A program made the translations under genes and the position numbers. The notes under the pieces were generated by a model. It made no database searches. It saw nothing but the letters and a program-made list of their open reading frames with translations, and was not told where the DNA came from. Of a stretch of DNA of 64,000 bases, positions 12,575 to 27,112 are shown in pieces. The stretch comes from Heptranchias perlo (Eukaryota): the NCBI RefSeq assembly GCF_035084215.1, contig NC_090340.1:3968001-4032000 (forward strand). Reading direction: 5' to 3'. Position 1 is the stretch's first letter. Each line of letters begins with the position of its first letter.

Positions 12575-15500
12575 CAGAAACATAGCAAAGTATAGAAAAT
12601 AGGAGCAGGAGTAGGCCATTCGGCCCTTCGAGCCTGCCCCGCCATTCAATATGATCATGCCTCTATCTCAATACAATATTCCCGCTCTCGCCCCATACCC
12701 CTTGATGCCATTGTGTCTAGAATCTATCTAGCTCCATCTTAAATATATTCAGTGACTTGGACCCTACAGCCTTCCGTGGTGGAGAATTCCACAGGTTCAC
12801 CACCCTCTGAGTGAAGCATTTTCTCCTCAACTCAATCCTAAATGGCCTACCCCGTATCCTGAGACTGTGACACCCTCGGTCTGGACATCCCAGCCAGGGG
12901 AAACATTCTCCCCGCATCGAGGCAATCTAGCTCTGTCAGAATTTTATATGTTTCAATGAGACCCCCTCTCAATCTTCTAAACGCGAGTGAATACAGGCCT
13001 GTCGGCCCAATCTCTCCTCATACGATAGTCCTACCATCCCAGTATTCAGTCTGGTGAACCTACGCTGCACTCCCTCTATGGCAAATGTATCCTTTCTTAG
13101 GTAGGAGACCAAAATTGCACACAATACTCCAGGTGTGGTCCCACCAAGGCCCTGTATAACTGCAGTAAGACGTCCTTGTTCCTGTACTCAAATCCTCTTG
13201 CAACGAAGGCCAACATACCATTTGTCTTCCTGACTGCTATCTGCACCTGAATATCTGCTTGTGTACAAGGACACCCAGGTCCCTTTGCACATTAACATTT
13301 CCCAATCTATCACCATTTAAATAATAGTCTGCCTTTCTGTTTTTCCTTCCATAGTGAATAACTTCACATTTATCCACATTATACTGCATCTTCCATGTAT
13401 TTGGTCGCAAACTCAAATTGTCTAAATTTCCTTGAAGCATCTTGTCATCCTCCTCAAAACTCAAGATACCACCTATTTTTGTCGTCAGCAAACTTGGAAG
13501 TATTACATTTGGTTCACTCGTCCAAATTATTGAAATATGTTGTGAATAAGTGGGACCCAAGTACTGATCCCTGCGGTACCGCAATAGTCACTGCCTGACA
13601 CCCCGAAAAAGACCCATTTATTCCTACTCTCTGTTTCCTGTCTGTTAACCAATTTTCAATCCGTGCCAGTATATTACCACCAATCCTATTTATTTTAATT
13701 TTGCACAATAACCTCTTATGTGGGACTTTATCAAAGGCCTTCTCAAAATCCAAATACACCACATCCACTGGTTCTCCCTTATTCTACCAGTTACATCCAC
13801 AAAAAAATCCACAAGGTTTGTCAAACACGATTTCTCTTTCCTTAACTCATGTTGGCTTTGTCTAATCCCGTTCTTATTTTACATAAGAACATAAGAAATA
13901 GGAGCAGGAGTCGGCCACTCGGCCGCTCGAGCCTGCTCCGCCATTCAATAAGTTCATGGCTGATCTGATCCTAACCTAAAATTTAAATTCATGTCCAATT
14001 TCCTGCCCGTTCCCCATAACCCCTAATTCTCTTTACTTCTAGGAAACTGTGTATTTCTGTTTTAAATTTATTTAATGATGGAGCGTCCACAGCTTCCTGG
14101 GGCAGCAAATTCCACAGACCTACTACTCTCTGAGTGAAGAAGTTTCTCCTCATCTCAGTTTTGAAATGGCAGCCCCTTATTCTAAGATTATGCCCCTAGT
14201 TCTAGTTTCACCCATCCTTGGGAACATCCTCACCGCATCCACCCGATCAAGCCGCTTCACAATATTATGTGTTTCAATAAGATCGCCTCTCATTCTTCTG
14301 AACTCCAATGAGTAGAGTTCCAATATACTCAACCTCTCCTCATATGTCTACCCCCTCATCCCCGGGATTAACCGAGTGAACCTTCTTTGTACTGCCTCGA
14401 GAGCAAGTATGTCTTTTCTTAAGTATGGAGAACAAAACTGTATGCAGTATTCCAGGTGCGGTCTCATCAATACCTTATATAACTGCAGCAATACCTCCCT
14501 GTTTTTATATTCTATCCCCCTAGCAATAAAAGCCAACTTTCCGTTGGACTTCTTGATCACCTGCTGCACCTGCATACTAACTTTTTGATTTTCTTGCACT
14601 AGAACCCCCAGATCCCTTTGTACTGCAGTACTTTCCAGTTTCTCGCCATTAAGATAATAACTTGCTCTCTGATTTTTCCTGCCAAAGTGCACAACCTCAC
14701 ATTTTCGAATATTGTATTGCATCTGGCAAATCTCCGCCCACTCACCCAACCTGTCTATATCCCCTTGTAGGTTTTTTATGTCCTCCTCACTCTCTATATT
14801 CCCTCCCATCTCAGTATCATCTGCAAACTTTGATACGTTACACTCGGTCCACTCCTCCAAATCGTTAATATAGATTGTAAAGAGTTGGGGACCCAGCACC
14901 GACCCCTGCGGAACACCACTGGCTACTGGTTGCCAGTCCGAGAATGAACCATTTATCCCAACTCTCTGCTTCTGTCAGACAACCAATCCTCCACCCATGC
15001 CAGAATATTACCCCCAATCCAGTGATTCTTTATCTTGAGCAATAATCTTTTGTGTGGCACCTTGCCGAATGCCTTCTGGAAGTCTAAATACACTACGTCC
15101 ACTGGTTCCCCTTTATCCACCCTGTACATTATGTCCTCAAAGAACTCAAGAAAATTTGTCAGACATGACTTCCCCTTCATAAAACCATGCTGACTTTGTC
15201 CTATTATATTATGTTAATCCAAATGTTCCGCGACTGTCTCCTTAATAATGGACTCCAAAATTTTACCCACCACAGATGTTAGGCTAACTGGTCTATAACT
15301 TCCAGCCTTCTGCCTACTACCCTTTTTTAAAATAAGGGTGCTACATTAGCAGTTTTCCAATCTGCCGGGACCTTTGCCGAGTCCAGAGAATTTTGGAAAA
15401 TTATTACCAAAGCATCCACAATCCCTACTGCCACTTCCCTCAAGACCCTAGGATGTAAGCCATCAGGTCTAGGGGATTTATCCGCCTTGAGTCCCATTAA

Positions 15501-15975
15501 TTTACTGAGTACCAATTCCTTAGTGATTTTAATCGTATTAAGCTCCTCCCCCCCTCCGAGAGCCCCCTGTTTGTCCAGTGTAAAGAGTGAAACAAAATAT
15601 TTGTTCAGCATTTTTGCCATCTCCATGTTTCCCATCATTAATTTCCCGGTCTCATCCTCTAAGGGACCTAAGTTTGCCTTAGCCACCCTTTTTCATTTAT
15701 ATAACTATAGAAACTCTCGCTATCTACATTTTCTAAGTGTCCTGTTATCACATCCTTTATAATAGACTGCAGCATTTTCCCTACGACTGATGTTAGACTA
15801 ACCGGTCTGTACTTCCCTGTTTTCTTCCTCCCTCCTTTTTTAAATAGTTGGGTTTCATTTGCCACCCACCAATCTGCAGGAACTGTTCCATAATCTATAG
15901 AATTTTGGAAGATGACAAAAAATGCATCCACCATTTCCATGGCTACCTCTTTTAGTACTCTGAAATGCAGATCCA
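12575..15975 (-). mobile_element. CR1 LINE interrupted by a second CR1 (13881-15730)
   Basis: Outer element: tail at about 12575-12600, RT to 13880, resuming at 15731-15975. Inner element begins with a (CATAAGAA)n tail at 13882 and holds ORFs 14348-14899, 14953-15180 and 15327-15686. Confidence 0.88.
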
Positions 15976-18019
15976 ACAGAGTACAAATTAATGAAACCTA
16001 TCAGAGAGCTTGAAATTAAAATAAAGAGGGATATAGAACTCGGAATTCCAAAATTCAGGGTTGGGTTCCCTTCAGCGAAAACTGAAATTGATACATTTGA
16101 GGCCCAGGGAGCAATGGATAACGGTAAAACGAGAGCTGCAAGACTTTATTTTTAAATGCAAGGGATGGTTTCTTGATAATATGGTAGTATTTGGGGGGAC
16201 CGTAGGTTTCACTGTGGATTTTGGTATTTTCTTTGTCTGTATCATGATGTGTAATTTTAACCAAATGAAAGTTGGACCAGCAGAGCAACTGGCTCTCGAT
16301 AGCTCTGTGATGCCAACAAGATGAGGTGTGGATCTCAGGCATTAACCCAAGATCCAACAAAGAGGGGGGGGGGGGCTGTTAGAGTCTAAGATTGAGAAGT
16401 AGTAAGGGAAACCATTTTCTTGGATTATTTCTGTTGCTTAAAAACATCATATTGAAAGACTGACAGTGTATTGTAAGTGGAAGCAACTTAATCTAAATTT
16501 CCAAAGGTAGCTAGTGAGATTATGAAGTTATATTTTTCGCCTTTCACCAAAAGGATATTATATTTCCAGCTTGAGGAAAAGTACAATTGAAAAATAAAAA
16601 GCACCGGACAAAATGAAGGTAGAAAATCTCCACCCGGTCCGGAAGTGAACAGCGGCGTCGCTGCAGAGCAGGAATGGGAGCGAAAACTGCCATTGCTCTG
16701 CTGTCGTGTTCTCACCGACCAGCAGCAGCGTCATTGATGAGTCTGAACTGCTCACCACGAGCAGTCAGCATCTGAGAATAATAAGGAAATAGGTCAGCAG
16801 GTGATAGAGAGAATAATTGGAATGCGACAGATATGAACGATCAGAGAACACACGATGGACAACACACGATGGACAACAAATGAGCGAGGTACATTAATAT
16901 GATTCGACGGAGGAGCTGGGTAATGTCCCAAAACACGGAGAGCTATGCTCAAACAGGTTGTTAAATTCTAGCAACCCCAAAGAGCTGCAGTTATTGTGAT
17001 TGATAAGGAGGGTTGTGCGCATCTTGGTGACCACAATTGCTGCTGCTAACCTATGGTTTGAACTGTTCGTGTGTTATCTCTAAACTGTAGTCCCCATAGA
17101 TCAAATGATCACTTAGTTTGCACGAAAACTGGTTTCAGCTCGGCACATATACTTTCGGGTCTTTCTCCACTAATCGCCATTGAGTCGCTCACGCACAAGC
17201 CCGAATAGACCTTGTAGCCACAGCACAAAGGCAGCGAAAGGAAAACGTTCGATCAGCTTAAAGCGGTGTTTCAATAAACAGGGCAAGAAAACGACAAAAC
17301 GGATGAGACAAATCAATTGGAAACATGTAAAATGGACAGTCGGATGTCCACTGTCTGCAGGAGTTCGTAAAACAGCGTATCGGCACAGTGTCCTTTCATC
17401 TTTGGGAACTTAGTTCAGATTCAGCCCCTCGTGTTGATGTGATGCCCTTTTCTGCTGACTGTAAACATTTTCATCGAGATGAATTTTCGCATTCATATCC
17501 AATAATCAGTGGTTGTGAGACCCTGATTCAGTTGGGAGGTGGTGAACTTCCCACAGCATGGCCCAGGCGGGGGAGGGTCTGGGGCGAAAAGTGAAGGAAA
17601 TGTTGGAAAAGGAGTGCGAGAGCTCTCAATGGATGAATCGTTGCGTGACAAATGAGACAAAATTAAACGTTAAAAGGTAATAAGAGAACAAAAAAGAACC
17701 AGAGCGGATTCAAATAAGGAACCGTATCACTGGATACAAATTATGAGTTTATTGATAAATCGGATAGAAGTCCTGCTCAGGACCGGCTGTGAAACTCCAG
17801 GTCCCTCAATAAAACTGCTCTACTTATTGGAAGAGTAACAGGAAGCATCAATCAGGACCTCCTGGGGGACGTGAACCCACGGGTCATTAATGATTGGGGG
17901 CCCGTAACTGGAGTGTGTGGAGTGCAGATGTCAGTCTAAAGGGCGGCCTGACTTCTCAGTCTCGGTGGTTTCCTTCTTCGGTGCCAGCGATTATCTGAAA
18001 TAAGAAATGAATGTCTTAG

Positions 18020-18137
18020 CTTAAAAAGGGTACTGATTTGAAACGGTCCACAATGTGGGTAGGTCCCATTAGATTGAGCATTAACCCCACCAGGAAATGG
18101 CACAGCCTGATGGTTTGGAATCGGTCAGTAGACTGTG
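18020..18137 (-). pseudogene. Orphan, inverted, degenerate copy of the activating-type TM exon
   Basis: AQSTDRFQTIRLCHFLVGLMLNLMGPTHIVDRFKSVPFL aligns with the gene C TM exon. The TM Arg is His and the donor GT is CT. Flanks 18290-18600 and 17700-17960 are reverse-complement homologues of 52980-53290 and of 57310-57440 plus 58961-59070. Confidence 0.78.
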
Positions 18138-18609
18138 CTGGAAAGCAACAGAAGGGCAGTTTAAATGAGTTTAGTGAGAAACGGCAGAGCGAGAGATAGA
18201 GAGAGAGAGCTAACTGAAGGCAGTGAGTACCTTGGGTACAAGGATTAAACATTTCAGGGTTTATTTCAGCGGAGCTGTATTTACTTAAACCGCAGTGAGA
18301 TTAGATCACAGTCATGTACCGAACGCTGAAACTCATGTCCAAATAAACAGCTTTAGTGTCCGCAGCTCCGTGATCTCTCGCGTCTTCTCAAAGAACAACC
18401 CCCCAACTCCGCCCCACCAGCCGCTCTGCAGATTGCACACTCAGTTTGGCAATCAACTGTCAACTACTCTTCGCCACATCAAACCACTGACATCACTTCC
18501 CGTCTTCCTGCTTTATATTCGGTCTGAATCGTTCCAGTTTATTAAAGGTTAACGATTTTACTGTGTCCTGAATGTGGGGACTGACTACCTCCTCAGCTGC
18601 TCACATCGT

Positions 18610-18755
18610 CTGACGGTGTAAAATGGTTGATAGCGAATTGGCCGCCCGTTTTACATTGACTTCAATGGAAATAAAAAATGGGGAGAGATGTAAAAAGGGC
18701 TGCCGATTCGATATCAGCCGTTTTAGACTGTCGCTCAAATTTAAATTTACCCCAT
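18610..18755. mobile_element. Palindromic MITE-like element (related copies near 48945-49090, 50190-50338, 51235-51355, 62350-62410 and 63510-63620)
   Basis: Arms GACGGTGTAAAATGGTTGATAGCGAATTGGCCGCCCGTTTTACA and TGTAAAAAGGGCTGCCGATTCGATATCAGCCGTTTTAGACTGTC are imperfect reverse complements; termini resemble GGGGTAGATTTT / AAATCTACCCC. Confidence 0.65.
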
Positions 18756-20129
18756 ACATTCTGTAGTTTTAAAACTAATACTTTACATTATTACTAATCC
18801 ATTTTCAACTGTGTTACACAATGGACATTAAATTCGAGCAGGTTCCTGAAGCGTTGGGCGGCCACACCGCCACTTTACCGTCCATGGGAGGGAGTTGAAA
18901 ATCTACCACTGACAGTGTGAACCAAATGGAGTCTTCAGGTGGTGAATTAATAGGGCGAGCCGATGGAGGACAGTGATGATGGCAGTAAAGGGGCCAGAGG
19001 TAGAAGGCAGAACATGGAATTCAGTCGGATTAAAGATCCGTGGGAACGCAAAGGAAGCGTTAGATGCGAGATGGAGAGGGAAGGTAGGGACGGGTTTGAT
19101 CCTGGGGAAAAGCAGGAAGAGGAAAAGGGGAGATGAGGAAGGGTGGAAAGACTTGAGGGGGCTAAGCAGGTAGGAAGAAAAGGATGAAAAATAAAGGGAG
19201 AGGGGGGAGTGAAGGCGGACAAGAACGGGAAGGAACGTGGGAGGAGGGGGAGGCGAAAGATGACAGGAGCGGGAGGGGGAAGGGGAGCAGATTGAAGAGG
19301 AGAGGTTGAAAGGGATGGACTGGATGGTGAAAGGGAGGTGGAGTGGACACAAAGGGAGGCGAGGACAATGAGTAGCCCAAACACCAGAGAGCCATCTTGG
19401 GGCCACGAGTGCCAGGGAGCACGGAACCAGACAGAAATGGGACGGCGGGACAGCGAAATAACTGCAGGGAATTAGCAGTGGCGACGTGACAGAGAGACTT
19501 GCGTGCACAGCGAGCAGATGGATCTTGGAGAGGCTGACAATGATAGTGAGTTGTGAGGGTGGGTTGGGAGAGTAGACGAAAAAGAGAAGATAATATCTGT
19601 TGTCACAGCAGTTTTTCTGTGCTCTTTGTTTTTATATAATTTATTGCAGTTTAAGGGAAACAGACTGCATCTGGGATTGGGGCTGCTTAATTGCATCGGG
19701 CAGCCGAGGGTCTTGATCTCAGAGGCTGATGGACCCGCGAATCAGTGTCAGTCAAGACAAGCACTTAAGGGAAGTGAAGAAAGGGGAGTGGATTGAGGCA
19801 TTAGCCGCGTCCGGCGATGGCACTGCCGACTGGAGTTGCAAGCGGACAGGTCGACCAGTGGGAATGGGCTACGTGCTACAGGCCCATGGCAGTGGGGAGC
19901 TGTGCATGCCCAGCATTGTGAATTGTTGGAGATATGGTCAGGTGCTTATACGAAGAGTGAACTTAAAGGAACATTGTTATATGGACTTTGTGCCCTGGCT
20001 CAAGATATGACAAAGAGAAGCAGCAGAGGGATTGTGAGCGGCTGGAAGTTGGGCCCACCAAGAAAGACTGCAAATAAGCTTCGAGTAAAAATATTAAGGT
20101 GATGATTATGAGTTGGTTACGTTTATACA

Positions 20130-22705
20130 GTTAATCACATATACAGAATATATATGTGCACACGTATACATACAGAACTGAAGACGTCACCTGGCAAATC
20201 AACCAAACAGACCAGTGGAAAATAGACACATATGTACACACACCATATATACGCACACACATAATACAAACCCAGCCATATACATAAAACAAACAAACAT
20301 AATACACACAAAACACACGCAGACACACATAACACAGGAACACATTTATACACACATAATACACACACCCACAAATGATATATAAACATACGCACACGTA
20401 CACACACATAACACGCACACAGACTCACATAAAATATACACATACATATACATATATATAATTATAAAACTGAAGAATTCACGTGGAAAATCACCCGAAC
20501 ATTAGCTCCTGTAACACAGTAGGGAAAGTAAACATACACTCACACAGCCACACACATAAACCACGTAAGCACTTATAACACACAATACATACGTATACGT
20601 ATCAAACACATACATAGAATCATAGAATCATAGAATCATAGAAGTTACAACATGGAAACAGGCCCTTCGGCCCAACATGTCCCTGTCGCCCAGTTTATAC
20701 CACTAAGCTAGTCCCAATTGCCTGCACTTGGCCCATATCCCTCGATACCCATCTTCCCCATGTAACTGTCCAAATGCTTTTTAAAAGACAAAATTGTACC
20801 CGCCTCTACTACTGCCTCTGGCAGCTCGTTCCAGACACTCACCACCCTTTGAGTGAAAAAATTGCCCCTCTGGATCCTTTTGTATCTCTCCCCTCTCACC
20901 TTAAATCTGTGCCCCCTCGTTATAGACTCCCCTACCTTTGGGAAAAGATTTTGACTATCGACCTTATCTATGCCCCTCATTATTTTATAGAGTTCTATAA
21001 GATCACCCCTTAACCTCCTACTCTCCAGGGAATAAAGTCCCAGTCTGTCTAACCTCTCCCTGTAAGTCAAACCATCAAGTCCCGGTAGCATCCTAGTAAA
21101 TCTTTTCTGCACTCTTTCTAGTTTAATAATATCCTTTCTATAATAGGGTGACCAGAACTGTACACAGTACTCCAAGTGTGGCCTCACCAATGCCCTGTAC
21201 AACTTCAACAAGACATCCCAACTCCTGCATTCAATGTTCTGACCAATGAAACCAAGCATGCTGAATGCCTTCTTCACCACCCTATCCACCTGTGACTCCA
21301 CTTTCAAGGAGCTATGAATCTGTACTCCTAGATCTCTTTGTTCTATAACTCTCCCCAACGCCCTACCATTAACGGAGTAGGTCCTGGCCCGATTCGATCT
21401 ACCAAAATGCATCACCTCACATTTATCTAAATTAAACTCCATCTGCCATTCATCGGCCCACTGGCCCAATTTATCAAGATCCCGTTGCAATCCTAGATAA
21501 CCTTCTTCACTGTCCACAATGCCACCAATCTTGGTGTCATCTGCAAACTTACTAACCATGCCTCCTAAATTCTCATCCAAATCATTAATATAAATAACAA
21601 ATAACAGCGGACCCAGCACCGATCCCTGAGGCACACCGCTGGACATAGGCATCCAGTTTGAAAAACAACCCTCGACAACCACCCTCTGTCTTCTGTCGTC
21701 AAGCCAATTTTGTATCCAATTGGCTACCTCACCTTGGATCCCATGCAGAACATCCACACACAAACACACATAACAAACACACATATGTCCCCACATAATA
21801 GGCACACATATGCATACACGCATACATACACACACATATAACACACAGACATTGCATATAAACACATAACACGCACACAGACATGAATTGTACATACAAT
21901 AGCATAACTCACATATACATGCATAACACACACATGTACACATATACAACTAAACATATTCACACATTACACACACAGATGCACATGTATACACATAAAA
22001 CTGAATAATGCATAAGGAAAATCAACCCAACAGTAGATCCTGTAGCAGAAGTACATGCACATACTTTCACAAACACACAAATCACGTACATGCAAATGTG
22101 GACACACATGGACACGCACATTAGGACACACCTAACACAAACATATATCCGGTGCACATAATAAGCACATACATAAATACACACACATAAAAGATTAAAA
22201 ACAACACACAACACACATATATAACACATACATGTACATACAGGATATACACACATGTTCATACACATATACATGCTTGCACATGTAACACACACACAGA
22301 CAACACATATATGCACATGATGCGCACACACATGTATTTTACTTAAACACATAATTCATATTTACATGCATATAAATATACACACGCATACAAACACAAA
22401 AACACATGTACATATACACACATTCACACATAACACACACAGATACGCACAAATACATAAAAAAAAACTAAAGACTTCGCTTGCCAAATCACCCGCACAG
22501 TATTCCTATAAGAGAACAGGGCAAACACAGACATATAACAGAAGCAAAATACACACAAATACATTTACATGACCATGCTCACACAGATGAACAAACATAC
22601 ACATAGAAACGCACTCATAACAAGCATGCATACAGACATGCACAGACACATACACACACATTTGTACACATACACATATAATACATAAACATATGCACAC
22701 AAATC
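20130..22705. repeat. Low-complexity CA/TA-rich tract interrupted by a CR1
   Basis: Degenerate (CA)n/(CATA)n; the source of the spurious Cys/Val-rich ORFs. Confidence 0.9.
20613..21755 (-). mobile_element. Young CR1 LINE, 5'-truncated, open RT frame
   Basis: (CATAGAAT)n tail; uninterrupted GVPQGSVLGP...FADDTK...YGPSAGNWD*; near-identical to 35474-36540. Confidence 0.95.
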
Positions 22706-22769
22706 ACACAATCACCAGCGGCATCACCCAGTCACCAGCAGCATCGCCCAGCAGTGACCAATGGCCATA

Positions 22770-25590
22770 AAGTGGAAGGAGGCCCATCAAGTCCGCGCCG
22801 GGTCTATTCAAGAACAATCCAGTTAGTCCCACTCCCCCGCCCTATTCCCAAGTACTTGCTTTCAAGCATTTATCCAGTTCCCTTTCGAAGGCTATGATTG
22901 AATTTGTTTCCACCATCCCTCTGGCAGTGTATTCCAGATCCTAACCACTCGCTATGTAAAAAGTATTTCCTCATGTCACCTTTAGTTCTTTTGCCAATCA
23001 CATTAAATCTATGTCCTCTGGTTCTTGACAATTCCGCTAATGGGAACAGTTTTTCTCTATCCACTATGTCCAGACCCTTCATGATTTTGAATACCTCTAT
23101 CAAATCTCCTCGCAATCCTCTCTGTTCCAAGGAGAACAACACCAGCTTCTCCAGTCTATCCACGTAACTAAATTCCCTCATCTCTGGATTCATTCCAGTA
23201 AATCTATTCTGCACTCTCTCATGCCTTCACATCTTTCCTGAAGTGCAGTGCCCAGAACTAGACACAATACTCCAGTTGTGGCCGAACCAGTGTTTTATGA
23301 AGGTTCATCATGACTTCCATACTTTTGTACTCCATGCCTTTATTTATAAAGCCTAGGATCCCGTATGCTTTTTTTAACTGCATTCTCAACCTGCCCTGCC
23401 ACCTTCAACGATTTTGCATGTATACCCCCAGATCGCTCTGTTCATGTACCCCTTTTAGAGTTGTGCCCTCTAGTTTGTATTGCCACTCCTCGTTCTTCCT
23501 TCCAAAATGTAACACTTCGCAGTTTTCTGCGTTAAATGTCATCTGCCACGTGTCCGCCCATGCCACCAGCCTGGCTATATCCTCTTGATGTCTATTACTA
23601 TCCTCCTCACTGTTTATTAGCCTTCCAAGTTTTGTGTCATCTGCAAATTTTGAAATTGTGCCCTCTACCCCCAAGTGCAAGTCATTAATATATATCACGA
23701 AAAGCAGTGGTCCCAGCACTGACCCGTGGGGAACAGCACTGTACACGTCCCTCTAGTCCGAAAAACAACAGTTCACCACTACTCTCTGTTTCAAGTCACT
23801 CAGCCAATTCTGTATCCATTTTGCTACTGCCCCCTTTATTCCATGGGCCGCAATCTTGATGATAAGCCTACCATGCGGCACTTTATCAAACGCCTTTTGA
23901 AAGTCCATATACACCACATCAACTGCATTGCCCTCATCTACCCACTCTGCTACCTCATGAAGAAACTCTATCAGGTTTGTTAAACACGACTTGCCTTTAA
24001 TAATTCCCTGCTGGCATTCCCTAATCAACCCACACTCGTGCAAGTGACTGTTCAATCTGTCCCGGATTCTCATTTCCAAAAGTTTCCCCATCACTGAAGT
24101 TAAACTGACTGGCCTATAGCTGCTGGGTTAATCCTAACACTCTTTTTTGAACATGGGTGTAATGATTGCAATTCTCCAGTCCTTTGGCACTACCCCCGTA
24201 TCTATGGATGTTTGGAAGATTATGGCCGTATCTCCGCAATTTCAACCCTTGCTTCCCTCAGCAACCTAGGATGCATCCCATACGGACCAGGTGACTTTGC
24301 TACTTTAAGTACAGCTAGCCATTAAAGTACCTCTTCTTTATCAATTTTTAGCCAGTCCATTATCTCAAATATATTTTCCTTTACTGAGACTCTGGCAGCA
24401 TCTTCTACCTTGGTAAAGACAGATAAAAATTACTCATTTAGTACTTCGGCCATGCCCTCTGCCTCCATGAGTAGATCTCCTTTATGGTCCCTAATCATCC
24501 CCACCCCTCCTCTTGCTACCCGTTTACTGCTTACATACCCGCAGAAGACATTTGGATTCACTTTTATGTTGGCCGCCAGCCTATTCCCACAGTCTCTCTT
24601 TGCCCCTCTTATTTCCTTTTTTCACTTTCCCTCCGAACTTTCTATATTCTGTCTGGTTCTCACTTGCCTTATGAACCTGACATCTGTCACATGCCCCTTT
24701 TTTTTCCATTTCATCTTACTATCTATTTCCTTTGTCATCCAGGGAGCTCTGGCTTTAGTTGCCCTACATTTCAGCCTCGTGGGAATGTGCCTAGTCTGTA
24801 CCCGAAGCATTTCATCTTTAAAGGCCGCCCACTGTACAATTACAGTTTTGCCTGCCGATCTGTGATTCCAATTTACCCGAGCCATATCTGTTCTCATCCC
24901 ATTGAAATTGGCTCTCCTCCAATTGAGTATTTTTACTTTAGAGTGGTCCGTGTCCTTTTCTATAGCAATTCTAAACCTTATGATACTATCGCTGCTCTCT
25001 AAATACTCCTGCACTGACACTTGCTCCACTTGGCCTGCCTCATTCCCGAGAACCAAGGCCAGCAATGCCTCCATCCTCGTTGGGCCGGAAAAGTATTGGT
25101 CGAGAATGGTATCCTGAACACATTTCAAAAATTCCTCCCCCTAGTACTATTATTATTATCCCAGTCTATATTAGGATAGTTGAAGTCCCCAGTTATCACG
25201 ATAGGTTTTGCAACTCTTTTTAATTTCACTGCAAATTTGCTGCTCCATCTCCTTCCCACTAGTTGGTGGCCTATGGAATATATTCAGTAATGTATTGGCA
25301 CGTCTTTTATTTCTTAACTCGAAACAAATAGATTCTGTCCTTGACCCCTCCAGGACATCCTCTCTCTCCAGTTTTCTCCTTAATCAAAACTGCAACGCCC
25401 TCCATCCTTTCTTTCCTTCCCTATCTTTTCTGAACACCGTGTATCCAGGAATATTTAGTACCTAATCCTGCACTTTTTTGAGCCAGTTATCTCCAAGAAA
25501 TCATATTCCCATGTGGCTATTTGCGTCTGCAGCTAGCAACCTTGTTTACCATGCTGCGTGCGTTTACACACATGCACTGCAAACCAGTCC
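22770..25590 (-). mobile_element. Long degenerate CR1 LINE (endonuclease C-terminal part to 3' end)
   Basis: ORFs 24622-25128 (PTR..ALL.LVL.N, SD), 23753-24094, 23405-23746 and 22870-23214. Confidence 0.88.
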
Positions 25591-25596
25591 TAAACT

Positions 25597-26500
25597 TTAG
25601 AAACATAGAAAATAAGAGCAAGAGTAGGCCATTCGGCTCTTGGAGCCTGCTCCACCATTCAATATGATCATGACTGATCCTCCATCGCAATACCATGTTC
25701 CCGCTCTCTCCGCATACCCCTTGATGCCTTCTGCTTCTAGAAATCTATCCATCTCCTTCTTAAATATATTAGGCGAGGTGGCCTCCACAGCCTTCTGTGG
25801 TGGAGAATTCCACAGGTTCAACATCCTCTGAGTGAAGAAAATTCTCCTCATCTCAGTCCTAAATGTCCTACCCCACTTCCTGAGTCTGTAGCCCCTCTCT
25901 GTAGTTGCCACAGCCAGGGGAAACATCCTCACTGCATCCTGTCTGTCTAGCCCTGTCAGAATTTTATACGTTCCAATGAGAACCCCTCGTTCTTCTAAAC
26001 TCTAGTAAACACAGTCCTAGTCGACACAAACTCTCCTCATACAACAGTCTTACCATCACAGAATTCAGTCTGGTGAACCATCGCTGAACTTCCTCCATGG
26101 CAATTATATCCTTTCTTATGTAAGGAGACCAAAACTGTACACAATACTCTAGGTATGGTCTCACCAAGGCCTTGTTTAACTGCAGTAAGACATCCTTGCT
26201 CCTGTACACAAATCCTCTTCCAATGAAGACCAAGATACAATTTGCCTTCCTAACTGCTTGCTGCACCTGCAGGTTTGCTTTCAGTGACTGGTGTACAAGG
26301 ACACCCAGGTCCCTTTGTACATCAACATTTCTCTATCTATCACCATTTAAATAATACTCTGCCTTTCTGTTTTTCCTTTCAAAGTGGATAATTTCACATT
26401 TACCCATGTTATAATGCATCTGCCATGTATTTCCCCACGCACTCAACTTGTCTAAATCGCCTTGAAGAATCTTTGCATCCTCCTCACAACTTACAATCCT
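25597..26500 (-). mobile_element. CR1 LINE 3' fragment
   Basis: (CATAGAAA)-type tail; LVRPYLEYCVQFWSP; related to 12575-13880. Confidence 0.87.
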
Positions 26501-26509
26501 ATCGTTCGT

Positions 26510-26861
26510 GTACTCTCTCTTTGCATACACAAATCAATCTCACCGCAACTTCACGTACATTGCTGCAAAAATGTGACCAAATTTGCGATTCGTCAAGAGC
26601 TGTATCAATTCGGAATCGTACACGTGATGCAAATCTCTTGACGACCAATGAGATCTGGGTCGTTATAATTTCAGCTCTGACGTAAATGTGAAACCAGTGC
26701 ATTGAATTGCCGCTTCAGATATCATATAGAGCGTCTCATTGATATATTATGGAGCGTCTCATTGCTGCACGCTCACCGCCAGATTATCTTCCGATCTCTC
26801 CGTCCCACGCACCTTCAGTGCTACCATAAACGAGTGATGAAGTTCATCGCCGTTGCTCAGA
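26510..26861 (+). promoter_or_regulatory. Putative promoter/5' region of gene B (homologous to about 45870-46242 of gene C)
   Basis: Non-repetitive sequence conserved between paralogs, with an identical ACCAATGAGATCTGGGTC (CCAAT box) at 26644-26661 and 46010-46027. Confidence 0.4.
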
Positions 26862-26916
26862 ATGTCTGCACTTGATGTGCTGCTGTACCTCGCAGCCCTG
26901 GCCATTATTTGCACAG
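26862..26916 (+). CDS. Gene B, signal peptide exon
   Basis: ATG 26862; 55 nt; MSALDVLLYLAALAIICT(G)|GT, phase 1; homologous to 46243-46297. Confidence 0.8.
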
Positions 26917-27112
26917 GTTTATTTACACCTGCCTTTTAAATATTTATGTATGAATAACAAGTCCATTAGTAGTATGGAGGCAGCTTCTGTTCAATGTTTA
27001 TTGTAGTTTTCTCGTTTCCTTTCGTTCTACTTCTGCCGCATTATTTCCTCCCTTTTAATCCCCACGATCACTATCCCTGACTATAACCTGTGTTTGTGTT
27101 TATTTCTGACAG

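Noticed and set aside
16558-16790. Minus-strand acceptor and hydrophobic ORF as a terminal exon of the inverted remnant, or as a separate membrane protein
   Set aside because: A good-looking acceptor lies near 16772, but frames from it stop quickly and I found no homologue downstream of gene C within the window.
18903-19508. 201-aa Pro/Ser/Leu/Phe-rich ORF
   Set aside because: It is the antisense of a purine-rich low-complexity tract with no domain features.
20131-22700. Cys/Val-rich and His/Thr-rich ORFs, including the N-terminus of the 413-aa ORF
   Set aside because: These are translations of CA/TG low-complexity DNA; the 413-aa ORF is a chance fusion with a CR1 RT.
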